A DNA stretch of 64,000 nucleotides from Octopus vulgaris (taxonomy: Eukaryota): contig OX597816.1 of the NCBI GenBank assembly GCA_951406725.2, forward strand, positions 149,296,001-149,360,000, read 5' to 3'. The notes under the pieces are model-generated. The model was not told the DNA's origin. It made no database searches and worked only from the letters and a program-made list of their open reading frames with translations. The position numbers and the translations under genes are program-made. Positions 41,002-54,349 of the stretch are shown in pieces. Position 1 is the first letter of the stretch. Every line of letters begins with the position of its first letter.

Positions 41002-42320
41002 TTCTCATGGCTACAACTTACATCCCCCCCCAAAAAAACAGTTGACCTGAAAATATTACAAAAAACCTTTACAAGTATCTCAATACTCAGCATTTGGTCT
41101 CCTTTCCCTAAAAGATATCATTGCTACTCATAAATAACATACACAATAAAAAGTCCAACTAGCAGTTTACGGAGATCTTTGGCTGAGACTTGGAATAGCT
41201 TATCTAAATCAAAGCAACAACAACAATGCAAACATAAAGACGTTTTCTAATTTTGGCATAAGGCCAGCAATTTTGATAGGAGTGGGCAAGTTGATTAATT
41301 GACTCTAGTACTTAAATTTTATTTAACAACCCTTGAGCTAAGCAGGATTTGAACTGAGGATGTAAAGTGCCAGTAAAAATGCTGCATAACATTTTTTCAG
41401 CATGTCATGATTATGTCACATTAATAATAATAATAATCCTTTCTACTATTGGTACAAGGCCTGAAATTTGGGGGAGGAGGCTAGTTGATTATATTGACCC
41501 CATTTCTCATTGATCCTGTTTGGATAAAAAGAAAAGTCGACCTTGGCAGAATTTGAACTCAGAATGTAGAGAGGAATGAAGTGCCACTAAGTATTTTGTC
41601 TGTGTTAACAATTCTGCCAGTTTGCTGCCTTACTAATAATAATATCTTTTATCAACAATAATAGATGAGGAAGACATTACAAGAACAGACAACAATTTGC
41701 GTGGGGATTTGCATAAAGGACGAGGAGAAATAAATGGAAAAGACAGTGAAATGTTTATAAGGTATGTGAAAACATGAAAGGTGCAGTCCTCCTGATAGAG
41801 AAGAAACTCAAACTAGGGCCAATCAAGTCACCCCCACAGATACAAAATTACTCTGACCACCAAAGGTATGAGCTGTCTCTCCTGTTCTCCAGGCACATAC
41901 TTAGAGTAGGGCCATTCACTCTAACCATTTTTGCCAATAATAATGGTTTCTAATTTAGGCACAAGGTCAGCAATTTTTGAGGGGAGGGAGTCACTTAATT
42001 ACATTGACCCTAAGTACTTGACTGGTACTTTATTTGATTGTTCTGGAGAGATAAAAGATAAAGTTACCTTTGATGGGATATGAACTCAGAAAGGAATGCT
42101 GCACAACATTTCTTCTTTTGCATTAGCTAAAAGGCTAGAAATTTGGGGAAAAGGAAGACATGGTCAACTGTATCAACTTCAGTATTTGATTTTTCTTTTT
42201 GTTTACCTTGGAAGGATGAATGCAAGTTAACTTGAGCAGATTTGAACCCTGAATGTAAAGAGCCAGAGCAAATATCACAAGGCATTTTGTTAATGCTCTA
42301 ATGATTCTGCCATTTCAAAT
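40590..42320 (-). mobile_element. Cluster of degenerate tRNA-derived SINE copies within (TAA)n tracts
   Basis: Repeated GGATGAAAGGCAAAGTC(G/A)ACCT(C/T)GGC(A/T)GAATTTGAACTCAGAA, the reverse complement of the SINE at 48186. Confidence 0.75.
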
Positions 42321-42951
42321 AATTAATATAATAAAATAAATCATTTTTGTTATATTGATGTAAAATATTGCAATCCTAAGTATAAGGATTTCTTATATTG
42401 ATAAAACTCACAAAGAAATTACTGGTATGTGGTCACTTTCTAGGACCAATAGAATAAGAAAATATGAAAGGCTAAGCCAGTCCCTTACGTATAACTTAAA
42501 GAAGCTATAATATATCGATTTATTCTGAATAAAGTCCCATTATTATGGGAGAGAGAAATATTGATACTTATTTTTATCAAAATGTGACAAATAAAGATAA
42601 AACAATTTTGGCAGAACAATTCAGAACTTAGGGATCAATCTGAAAACTTTACTGTATATAGACCAATATTTAGTCAGCTCATTTCGATTGTCTGTCTTGA
42701 GTTACGAAATTTATATTTCGAAAGTACAAAATATTTATGAAATATTAATTTATGTATGCGAAGAGAAGGTTCGATTGAACAAATCTCAGTAGCTGGAACT
42801 GGCACATATTCTAACAACTCAAAAAGGATTAATGACAAAGTTGATCCCAGCAAATTTGAACTCTCTATGACGTAATTAAATACAGGCCAACCTACTTCCT
42901 TGCCTGTCGTCTTAAATATAAACGCTAATATTAACAACGGTAACCACTTAC

Positions 42952-43479
42952 CAGAGAATTTCCTTCAGATAATTTTGGATCTGATGGATTTCTGCCGGAC
43001 AGGACTATATTATCGTTTTTCGCTTTACGACTTACTAAATCCTGCCATTGCTCTGTAGGCTTTTCTGTGCTCAAAACAAATTGTGTGGTGGGTGAATTTT
43101 GAAAAGTTTGCAATGTCATTTTAGGGCACTGTATTGTGGGTATCGCTCCTGGCTTCAAGAACACGCGTGTGCGGCATCCGAATTTCTTCATTAAAACCCC
43201 TAGAGAATCATCGCTGGTGAAATGAAGAGAACATATGGCAGATGAAACACATGGTGCCCAGTTTTTACGCCCAGTCTGAACGAAATTGATCCATTTGGAC
43301 CTTAAAACGGGATCCTTCGGAAAGCGATGTAAACTGGTCCCGGATCCTGCACTCGAAGACTGAATGGTATCACAAAATCTAACCACGCAATGTTGGGGCA
43401 TTATTTCGATCGATCTGCTTATCTTCACGATAGATCCAAAACTATCTCTTTTCAAAAATATTTCAGTGAAAATTGCCAC
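42952..43479 (-). CDS. THAP domain exon with C-terminal linker (phase 0/0)
   Basis: MPQHCVVRFC...SLHRFPKDPVLRSKW...ICSLHF...LKPGAIPTI. Acceptor TTCTTTTCTGTTTATGTAG| before 43479; donor CTG|GTAAGT after 42952; 528 nt open. Confidence 0.88.
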
Positions 43480-44150
43480 CTACATAAACAGAAAAGAACG
43501 TAAAGTTCCAGCCTGTCTCATTTATTATTTATTCACTGGGTGTTCACTTTTATTAGCTATTTTACTCTCCGGAAAACAAAAAAAAATCAAATTCTCGTAG
43601 AACATTTTCACTTTTCTATCAGTATGGATATTTTCTAACGATACCATCCAGATTTAACATTGACGTATGTATACGAATAAATGAGAGAGGGAGTGAGAGA
43701 TAATATTTATGTCTGTGTAGGCGTCTGATAGAAATTGTGTTGGTGTGAGAGAATACGCGGATGTATAAGAAGAAAAGCGTGGACCAAGAGATTGCACGCC
43801 TAAGTGCGAGTATGTGTGTGTGTGTATATATATATATATGGGGAAAATACGAAGGAAGAGTATTTTGTGTATGTAGTCGGCTATCTGTTAGTGTGAAAGT
43901 AAATATAAGAAATAAAAAGGCGTTGTTAACCAATTCATTTCGTTTCAAGTCAACCTACATTACGAGTAACGATGCATAACAGGTTACTCCTTCTCTATCC
44001 CCCTCATACTTTTTCTATCAAACACATGTCACTGACAAATAGCAGTTTTTCATTGAATGAAAACTGATAGAAATGTGACAACAGCAGAAACTACTTTACT
44101 AATTTTCAATAGCTTTTAAGGATAAACTATGTCAAAAATAAATGATCTAC

Positions 44151-44243
44151 CTTGTTTTTATTGAGTAACAAATCATCTTCATTTATTACATTTTTCATAA
44201 TTTCATTCAGTTTAACGATAACATTTTGCAAATCGCCTGCCAT
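44151..44243 (-). CDS. Candidate first coding exon MAGDLQNVIVKLNEIMKNVINEDDLLLNKNK (phase 0), in frame with the THAP exon at 43479
   Basis: AAAATGGC start context, 31 open codons, donor AAG|GTAGAT; CpG-richer promoter-like region at 44260-44560. Confidence 0.45.
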
Positions 44244-44777
44244 TTTCTTCTTTTTGTTTTGGTAACACGTGCTGCCACCTGATGAGTGTTACCATGTGAT
44301 AACAATCATTCCGTAGCAACAATACAGTTATCTCCCTTTATTTATGTTTCCGAGGCTTCGGAATTCCCGATGACCAATTTTCGATTGTCTAACTTATGAT
44401 ATCACTATGGTGAACTACCTTCTTGTGGCTCTGTCACGAATTAAACTGACGTCATGGCAACAGTATAATGATATTTTTTCTCACACAGCGACAAGGTCAC
44501 ATACATTTTGAGAGACGAGGAAGGCGAAGTTCGATCTCGGAGGGATTTCAAATAACTGTCTGTGATATTTCGTTTTATAATCAGAAAATGAAAGTGGAAA
44601 TACTGACACTAATCGGCAATGACTAGGCGGGTGTTTTGAACAGGCAGAGCACACTTTCCCTCCCCACCATTTTTTAAATCAAAAATTTCTTCGAATTCTG
44701 TTTTCAACAATTTTTTAAAAAAAGAATTCTTAAAAATCCTGAAACCGCTTTCCCGTTTAAAAAATCCAAAATAATAC

Positions 44778-46564
44778 GGTTAATATAGGGCGTTACGATT
44801 ATCAGAAAATCAAAAAAAAAATGTGTGTAATAGGTGTAAAACAACTTCCTATGAACGAATATGAAAAAAAAAAATGCGCTCTCGCGAAGGAGGGGTGGGG
44901 GAGAGGCCTCGGAAAATTTATATCGGGAATTTCCGAAAGCGTCTGAACCGGGCACAAAAACAAAAACAAAAACAGCGTAATAGGTGTAAAACAACTTGCT
45001 CTAAACGACTATGATGAAAAAAATGCGCGCTCGCGAAAGGGGGGTGGGGGAGAGGCTTCGGAAATTTCACATCTTCAGTCCACGGCCTTTAAACTAAGAA
45101 AAAATAGTGTAATTGGTGTAAAACTACTTGTTCTAAACGAGTATCAAGAACACACACTCACACATGAATCATAAACTCCGTATTTTTGTACATATTTCGC
45201 AAAAAAAACAAAAAATAAAGAGAAGAAATTCTGGAAAAAGTGAAGAAATGTTGGATCTCATTCCTTAGTTAAAGCTATTTTAAACATTAAATTTATGCTT
45301 TTCTTTGAAATAGTTCAGATATATGCAATTCTTCTCACTTATTAAGATGCATTTATCAGAAAAAAAGAGACAGAAAAAATTATTATTTTGTGTCAATCCT
45401 TCCCTAATTATCCTTTATTAATTAGTTTTGGCGTGTATTTTTTTCCCAAATTTATTTTTTCACCTTTACAACACTGTTTAGTAAAGCAATTAATTATCTT
45501 TATAATTTGCATATTTGACTTATTAATCAAAATTCTCTCGATGTAATATATACTAAGTAATGCATCCTTCATTTATGTGTTGCGTTCTGTATTATGCATG
45601 CGTGACTGTTTGTATGTAAGTGTGTTTAACTGTGCACATGAATGTGAATATTAAAGAACATATTTATTTACTATGATTGTTATTTTCAGAACAAATAAAT
45701 CTTTTGGCTGTTATGTTATTGATGTTATTATTATTGCTAGTTAAAGGGTGGTGACTTGGCTGAATATTTTGAGTCTTGTAGTATGTAGTTGTGTTAGTCA
45801 ATATTCTGAGTTCAAATCCAACTCATTTCTTTATCATCATTATCGATGGACCACTCAAAGAGGTATGTATACATTATCATTTTCGTAACATAATTTCTGT
45901 AGTATTTCAAGATGTTTCTGACACGTATTTTGATTCACATGGCGGAGATCCAACATTTCTTCACTTTTTCCAGAATTTCTTCTCTTTATTTATTTTTTTT
46001 GCGAAATATGATTTTATGATTCATGTGTGAGTGTGTGTTCTTGATACTCGTTGAGAACAAGTAGTTTTACACCAATTACACTATTTTTTCTTAGTTTAAA
46101 GGCCGTGGACTGAAGATGTGAAATTTCCGAAGCCTCTCCCCCACCCCCCTTTCGCGAGCGCGCATTTTTTTCATCATAGTCGTTTAGAGCAAGTTGTTTT
46201 ACACCTATTACGCTGTTTTTGTTTTTGTTTTTGTGCCCGGTTCAGACGCTTTCGGAAATTCCCGATATAAATTTTCCGAGGCCTCTCCCCCACCCCTCTT
46301 TCGCGAGAGCGCATTTTTTTTTCATATTCGTTTAGAGCAAGTTGTTTTACACATATTACACTATTTTTTTTTTGTTTTGGTGCCCGGGTCAGCCCCTCAG
46401 ACGCTTTCGGAACTTCCCGATGTGAATTTTCCGAGGCCTCTCCCCCATCCCCCTTTCGCGTGCGCGAATTTTTTTTTTCATATTCGTTCATAGGAAGTTG
46501 TTTTACACCTATTACACAAATTTTTTATTTGATTTTCTGATAATCGTAACGCCCTATATTAACC
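44778..46564. mobile_element. Non-autonomous foldback element with long tandem-repeat-containing TIRs (Merlin-like)
   Basis: Ends GGTTAATATAGGGCGTTACG / CGTAACGCCCTATATTAACC; exact 8-bp TSD AATAATAC. Arms ~44778-45260 and ~45945-46564 contain ~125-bp subrepeats. Confidence 0.88.
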
Positions 46565-48185
46565 AATAATACTTTGTCTTGGTTTTGGTTTTAAAAATAC
46601 AAAGATTATGATTCTGCAAAAAAAAAAAAAAAAAACTTTTTTTGTAAAATCTGAATTTCTTAAGGACGATTGCTTACGATAATTTTCCACTTTCATTACG
46701 TTATAAAACGAAAGAATACAAAGGCTGTATATAGGGAGAGTCATTATGCCAATATTATTAACACACACACACACACTGGTTTAATTCCACTCCTTTATAA
46801 TTCATCAGTTAAATATCCAACTAATTGATTGTTTGTTTAATTTGGCTAAACAGTAAGTCATTTGTTTTGTTTTCGTTTGTCAAAGTTCTTTCGTTGCTGC
46901 TTGCAGTAACTTTTGACTTAGTTTGTTACAGAGCATTTTGTCGGTGGAGGTAAAGAATACGTACACCACCGGTTTTCGGCGTAACGAAAACCCTAAACCT
47001 AACCACCGTGTGTACGTATTCTTTACCTTCGCTGCATTTGTCTGCTTGAGATCTTGTTGCATGTGTGTGCGTATGTGTGTATGTATGTGTTTGTGCGCGT
47101 GCGTGCATGCTTCAGTGTGTCTATGCATGGTCATGTCTCTGTCTCCTAGTGTACTTCTGTGTGTGTGTATGTATGTACGACTCTGTCCGTACTACCTATG
47201 AATGTGAATATGGTTACCATAATCTTCTCTGAATGCAACAGCATAATTAACAAAGTGTGATTTAAAAGAGCCTCAACACTTCTTATGAACCACTCCAACT
47301 CTATTCAGCCTATATTTCCACAATGATCACTGGAAATCAGTTAAAGATAATTTGGTTCAAAATTCTCTGTATTTTTTATCTTTTACTTCAGTCATTAGAA
47401 TGTGGCCATGCTTAGACACCACCCTGGAGAATTTTTAGTCAAATGAATCGACCTCAAGACTTATTTTAAGTCTGGTACTTATTCTATCAATCTCTTTTTG
47501 TCAAACCGCTAAACTACGGGGATGTAAACATTAGCACTGGTTGTCAAGCAGAGGGAGGGACAAACACAGACACAAAGATACACACACACACACACACACC
47601 CGATGGGCTTCTTTCAGTTTCCCTTTACCAAATCCACTTACAAGGCTTTGGTCAGCCTGAGGCTATAGTAGAAGACACCTGCCCAAGGTGCCATGCAGTG
47701 AGACTGAACCTGGAACCATGTGGTTGGGAAGTAAGCTTCTTAATACATAGCCACACCTGCATGACATTGATATGAAAATATATTAAATCATGTCAAGTTA
47801 TAACTTAAATATTTTCCAAAAAGGAAGATCCACATTACAGGAAAAAAACAAAATCAGTGACAGGACTATTCTCATCAGTTGAAGAACAAAGATTTCTAAT
47901 TAATTAAATGTACAAACCACTCACACTTAGAAATGTCACTCACAGGCTTTGAACATGAAATAAAATGCCAGCTCTCAAAGCAGGCAGAAACAATTGTTAA
48001 ACAATCATTCCCTTGGATATCATACCTTCCCCAGTGACCACCAGTATGGCATCCATAAAGCAATCTATTAGACACTCTCATATGCCATTCACTAGTGGCT
48101 CTTCATTTTCAACGAAAGTAATGTTATTACATTTTAGATCAGTAAACCTTTGGCTCACTAAGTTAAGTTGCTTGCCTATGGTCTA

Positions 48186-48412
48186 CGACGAGCTGGCAGA
48201 AACGTTAGCACACGGGCGAAATGCTTAGCAGTATTTCGTCTGTCGTTACGTTCTGAGTTCAAATTCCGCCAAGGTCGACTTTGCCTTTCATCCTCTCGGG
48301 GTCGATAAATAAAGTACCAGTTTCACACTGGGTCGATGTAATTGACTTAATCCCTTTGTCTGTCCTTGTTTGTCCCCTCTATGTTTAGCCCCTTGTGGGT
48401 AGTAAAGAAATA
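48186..48412 (+). mobile_element. tRNA-derived SINE, well-preserved copy
   Basis: A box GAGCTGGCAGAAACGTTAGC, B box GAGTTCAAATTCC, then Nin/Deu-like central motif GTCGACTTTGCCTTTCATCCTCTCGGGGTCGATAAA. Confidence 0.8.
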
Positions 48413-50555
48413 CATGGTCTACATTCATATATCATTTCTCAAAACAGAAGGTTCTTGTTAGACTGTACCATTGGAGCATGTATCAAAAGGCTCTCTCTCT
48501 CTCTCTCTCTCTCTGTTCCCCACTCTAATGACCCTGGCATACCTCAAGATTTGATAATATCTTCTATAAAAATCTGTCTGTACATTAATTTGAGGACAAT
48601 ACAGACTGTCCCATTGACCAATATATGCTCCTCACAGATGATAGCTTTCACACATAGACGTCATCCATAGAAACTAAACACATGCTAGAAACACACTAAC
48701 TCCAAGGATAGGAAACACCAAGAACATTTTTCAATGGGCATTTTCCAAAAATGTTTACAGGGACTATATTTATACAGTCTCTGTAAATATATAAAAACAC
48801 AATCACTACATATAACACAGAGAGAGACTTACATTACTCTCTATCGTCGAAGGTGTGACCTTAATGGTCACAACAGATACTAAGGATCAAAATCTCTAAT
48901 AGTTTATCATGACAAGCTAAAATATAGTTGCCTAAACAGTATCAGAAAGACCAAGATTTCATTTCAGATGAGGAAATACTTCAATATTGTTCAGTTGCTG
49001 ACCTTACTAAGTGGAAGAAAGACTCATCATAATCATTGTTGTCATTGTCACCATCATCATCGTTTTGATGTCTACTTTTCCATACTTGCATGGTTCAGAT
49101 GAAGTAGATTTTCTATGGCTGGATACACTTTCTGTCACCAACATGCACTTGTTTTAAAAAGCAAAGTAATATTTTCCCATGGTCAGACATGTTTTCACAC
49201 AAGACAGGAAACAAACAACACTGCTTATATTGACAAAGATGCTCATTTACAGGGACACACACATATAAAACCTACTTAATCTATAAGCATTTATCTGACA
49301 AAATATATAGCAGCAGAGAAGGATGTACTGAATGTTTAATTCTTGTGAGAGATGCAGCACTGAGGATGAATGAAGCCAGCTCAACCCACCCCGGGTGAAT
49401 GCTGTCTCAAGACAAGACAAAAGGATGGAGAAAGATCAGAGAGCTTTTACCTCTGTTAGATGATTCCAATTAGGCACATATACTGTATACTTTTAATCAT
49501 TTCAGAAATATATGGTTAGTTTAATTTCAACTAGAGGAATTGGAAGCAAAAGTTTTGTATACTGCTTACTCTTTCACTGTATAATGCTTCAGCCTTTATT
49601 AATTCATAATTTAAATGAATATTTTGTCGAGCATTTTAGTGGAAGTTATCATTCATCTTCATTTACTGTCCATTGTCCATGTTGGCATGGGTTGGATGGT
49701 TTGACCAGGTCTGGTAAACCGAGGGGCTGCATCTGACACAAGTCTGATTTGGCATGGTTTCTATAGCTGGATGCTCATCCTAATGCCAACCACTACAAGA
49801 GTGTAGTGGGTGATTTTACATGACATCAGCACGGGTGCTAGTTGCGTGGCACCAGTATCATCCAGTAGAGTATATGTGAGTTTTATTAACAAGTATGTGT
49901 GTGTGTTACTTGCTCATTGAATTAACATGTCAGTGGCTGAGTATTCCACAGATACAAGTACCCTTAACTTAATTTGGAGGCAGAATCAGCATGACACTGT
50001 ATGTGACAATATTATTTCTATATTCTGAATTGATCCACTCAATGGGTTCTATATAATTTTTGTCTACCCAATTTTATTCACAAAGTGTGGGTCAACATAT
50101 GTCTCAGATTCCATGCAATGGGATTGAACTAAGGATCTTATGACTGAGAAACAAACTTCTTAACCAATTAGACATCTCTCTCTCTCTTATATATATATTC
50201 AAATAAGTAAAACATAATATCATGAATAGCGATAGCGAAACCAGTCGATATATTAAAATTATATTAAAACTATGTAAGTGTGCGTATTTTCCTTTTTTAA
50301 TTTCTTATATATATATAGGAAAATTTTATTAGAAATATCCATTTTTCAGGAATTTATGAGGAAACAAAGTGGGTGGGGGCTACACTTCTGTAGATATGTC
50401 GGAAAAGCCCCTCCCCTTTTTTAAAGCATATTGAAGAAGCAGAGATCAAGTTTTAAAAATTCACGCTTAATCAAACAAACAAATGCCAAGAAATCTGAGA
50501 CTATTCTATGGAATTTGTCCAAATTCTATAACAAAAGTAAAGACAACAGTATAGA

Positions 50556-50775
50556 CCAGGGCTCCCAAACTACGGTCCACGGGGTCAGTTCATCCATGCT
50601 TGGAACATCTTATATCTGTGAGCAAACATTTTCAAAAATGAAGTATGTGAAGTCAGCACATGGAACGAGGTTGACTGATGAAAATTTGAAAGCAATTCTC
50701 TTGGTTGGATGCAGCAATTCCAAAGCAAATATTGATATCTTAAAAGCTAAATACCATTTTCACAAATCTTATTAA
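50556..50775 (+). mobile_element. hAT (SPIN/GTF2IRD2-like) remnant: TIR plus C-terminal dimerisation region
   Basis: CAGGGCTCCCAAACTACGG terminus; SMLGTSYICEQTFSKMKYVKS..TRLTDENL. Confidence 0.7.
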
Positions 50776-52657
50776 CGTTTTTTGCTGCTTAGTTTGTGAG
50801 ATTCGGATATGTGCGCACTGGGTGTGATAAACTATCTCATTGCTAACGCCACCTTCTTTGATAACTTTTTGGTAAATATGTTGGTTGTCTTTATTTGTTG
50901 GGTATTCAATGTATTGTATTAAACAAAACGGTTGTTCGGCTCGCTCTCATCATTCTCTTAGTTATCTGGCCAGCTTTGAAAGAACTTTCATGACCCCTTC
51001 CTGGTATAGACGAATGGGGAAGGCGCAAGAAATGAAGAGAACCAAATACACGGTGAAGGACTGCAGCAATATTGGGGTGTTTGCCAGTGGTGGTTGGCAG
51101 TCAAGGATACCTATGGAATTCTGTGCATTTAATAATTACAGGAGTGAACAGAAGAGCTATCAAGAACAACTGGTCCACTGATCGGTGGGGTTTGTAGGAG
51201 GTCGCTTGGATACTGGGCTGGGCTTGATCAACCTCGATAGGGTTGCCTGGATGAGGATGTATGCTGTATGAAACCCAAAACACCCAATGACTCCAGCAAA
51301 CAACACTGACGATGTGTCCATGCATTGCATCTATAAATGTATGTTGAACAGAATTTGTCAAAATATAACTTAGATTTCGGCCAGTTTAGGCTCAGGCTAT
51401 GTCTAACTTAAAAGCACCGCCAATAGAAGACAACACATGTAGAATTTATTTGTGTGTGTGTATGAAAGAGAGAGGGAAAGATTAAATACATTTTTTTAAT
51501 TATTTATATTCTTACACACATGGATAAATTATCAATGCAGCGAATCTTTGAAAAGTAAAACTGTCTAAACTTTTTCCACGTCTTTGTTGTTATTCGAAGA
51601 GACCTATGATCAAAAACGTTCCAGCTACGACCATCCCGTATTTTATTCAGATTTAATGTATCTAGAACCATGTTATCTGTCCTTCTTTTAGGACAGTAGA
51701 ATTGGGGTTTAATGAGGGAGATGTGGTTGCGCCTTCTAGCTAGTCTAGTAAACAAAAAACTTTCTCGTTGGATCTTTGTTTACTATCATACCAAACTTGA
51801 GGAGCTCTTGATTTAATCCTGTACTCGTTTGATTGTTCTTAGCGTTTGATTAGCGCGAGGGGCTCTCTGCAGTTGCTCGAACTGCTATGAATAACAGCCA
51901 AATCTCTCTTAAATCATCCTACAGTCTTAACAAAGGAAAGGTATTAGATTGCATAGCTTAGCTTACGTACTCATAAAAAGATACGGTGGTGGCGAGTAGA
52001 AAAATATTGGTTACAGACCTATTCAATCAAAGACGATTTGGGGCTGAACAACTACTTTCGGTTACTTTTTTCACGGCCCTTAAGTTGTTAATATCGAAAT
52101 AAGCGCAGTTTTCATAACATTTCGCTTTTTTCCCCAGTGACTAGTAGCATGTTATCAGTTTCTTTTTATTTTTCATTTTCACATCTTTCCTCTTATCAAG
52201 GTACATGTATTGCACAATTAATGCAATAAAATAATGAATGTCGATTGCGCAGTGTTCTAGGTAAAATGCATGAAAAAAAACTATTCACTGCTTATTGTCA
52301 ACTACTAATTAGAATTTTTGAAAGCAACTTCCGTATCCTACACCGTCCCGGTTATTAGCAGACAGTCAGCAGTAAGATCGTTTTTACGTGTACTTTTAAT
52401 CGAGAGCAGTCTATCAATACTTGACAAAAATAACTGTCACTAGTTACAATGCGGAGATGCGCGAACAAAAATTTCTTCATAATATTTTTTAAAAAATCTT
52501 TTGAAACAGAATTTATGTCCGCGAAATCGGTGTCGAGAAAAAGAGTAATTGATGAATTATGGGCCGCCAGATTTAAATCGAGTTATTCAGTTGACGAGAT
52601 TCATTCACTAAACACATGTAAACAAACGCTTTCACATACACACGTGAATATACTTAC

Positions 52658-53062
52658 TTTGTTCGTGTTTCTTTGTCTTATACATCCAGGAGTATTTGTG
52701 ATAGCCAGTATTTCTGGAACAGATATTGTTGAAATGGGACTGTTTATTGCGACAGATAATCTTGTTGCATGTGATTCCATCGCTCGTATCATCTCTCCTT
52801 CCGCTCTAAACTTATTACTTTTCTCAATGTTCGTCGAATCTTCAGTGTGGTTGTGAGTCTTGTGCAATTTTGTTATTGTGTTGTTACAGATGTGCAACCT
52901 TGCTTTGCAACGCAACGATTTTTTTCTGTAACATGAGTAAAAGCGTGTGTCTTCATCTGTTTTACTCATTTTTTCATAATTGAAAATATATCCTTCGTAC
53001 ATCACTTTGTCGTGACCGTCTGTTACAGGAATCCATATACCGTTATATGGGTTTTGCTCCAT
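52658..53062 (-). CDS. FLYWCH zinc-finger exon (Mutator-transposase-type DNA-binding domain)
   Basis: VMYEGYIF...FYSCYRKKSLRCKARLH...HNH; 135 open codons; phase-0 donor AAA|GTAAGT. Confidence 0.85.
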
Positions 53063-53299
53063 TCTGGAAGCCCTGTTTATTTCCTAGGCCGCTTGTAACC
53101 AAACGAAGTAACCGAATCTTTAAAATGACAGCTTGAAATTAAGAGTAAATTTTAAAGTTCTAAAAAAATTAAATACATTATTCTGATGAAATGGATAAAA
53201 TTGATACTGAAATCAATCGTATCCTGTTTGAAAAAAATTCCGTTCTTTCTGTGCAAGTCGTGAATACAGTTACAGAGTGTAAAATTATGATGACTTAAT

Positions 53300-53350
53300 C
53301 CAAAAAATGGCGCCGGAAATTTATTTCATCGACTGAAATATGGCGACAGA
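53300..53350. promoter_or_regulatory. Promoter-like motif cluster (YY1-like AAAATGGCG, ETS-like CCGGAA) upstream of the FLYWCH exon
   Basis: AAAAAATGGCGCCGGAAAT and AATATGGCGAC within a locally CpG-rich patch. Confidence 0.4.
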
Positions 53351-53863
53351 GAAATAGCATCAAATTCGTGTACGTGTATGTATTAACATATATTTTGACA
53401 TTCCAAACTGATGATTCACTCTAAGGCTACTCCGAGTTTCCGCGTGCATGCGTTCATTCAGTCTTAACAACATACCCCTTTAAGAAACGAACACTGATAC
53501 TTCTAAATCTAACCCTAAATGTCTCATCTGAACGAACGCATACAAATGAGAAATGCTGAGTAGCAACTAAATGAATAAACAGCTTTGAATGAATGAAAAA
53601 AATAAACATATATTAAAAGTTGAAGGGTGTCTTGTATATACAGTGCCTCCTCATTGAAGCAAACTAAGGTGGGGGGAGGATGTCCGTTTTAGTCAACTGT
53701 CCGAATTAACCGATGGTAGAATTTAATATTGTATACGTACATGATATTGGAAGTATATGCAACATTTGAGTACATACTGTAAAAATATATAACTATGCAA
53801 GTATAAATTCTGTTTTTAAAATTATTTAACATTAATACATAAAATTAAAAAAAAAGTTCATAC

Positions 53864-54349
53864 CGTAAGTTCCCCGGTTGATGGGCTACCTGCTTCTCCA
53901 GTGGTAATTTTATTACACATTCCATGGCGATTTCTAAATCGCCATAACCACCCATCACTAGCTACAAAATTGTCGATGCCCATGTCCCTAGCTAACTTGA
54001 CAGCAGCACTTTGAATTTCCACACCACGGATGTTATTACCACAAGATCGTTGATGGATAAACCACTTCGTCACAGCTTCCTCAAGATTTGTATCTTTTGC
54101 AACTCTCATACGCTTCCTTGCACCAACAGATAGTTTAGAATTTGCAGCAACATTATATTTCAAAGAAAATGTAGTAAGTTTGTCCTTAGCTTTGCGTATA
54201 CCTGAAACTGTCTGTTTTTTAATACCATATTGAACACAAATACTCGTCACCGAAGCACCAGCCTCTAACTTCTTTATAAGTTCCAGTTTCTGGATCACAG
54301 ATAGAGTAACATGCTTTTTCTTTGGCTTCTTACTTTCTCTTGTAGCCAT
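53864..54349 (-). CDS. CENP-B-type / Tigger-jerky double HTH DNA-binding exon, no DDE domain
   Basis: KKKHVTLSVIQKLELIKKLE...YGIKKQTVSGIRK and LEEAVTKWF...FVASDGWLWRFRNRHG...GEAGS. 162 codons; phase-0 donor ACG|GTATGA; acceptor TAACTTTCAG| before 54365. Confidence 0.88.

Noticed and set aside
48186-48270. tRNA-like A/B boxes
   Set aside because: Head of a multi-copy SINE, not a tRNA gene.
52449-52856. Plus-strand ORFs overlapping the DNA-binding exons (also 3560-3814, 6262-6555, 43364-43600)
   Set aside because: Antisense shadows with no recognisable protein features.
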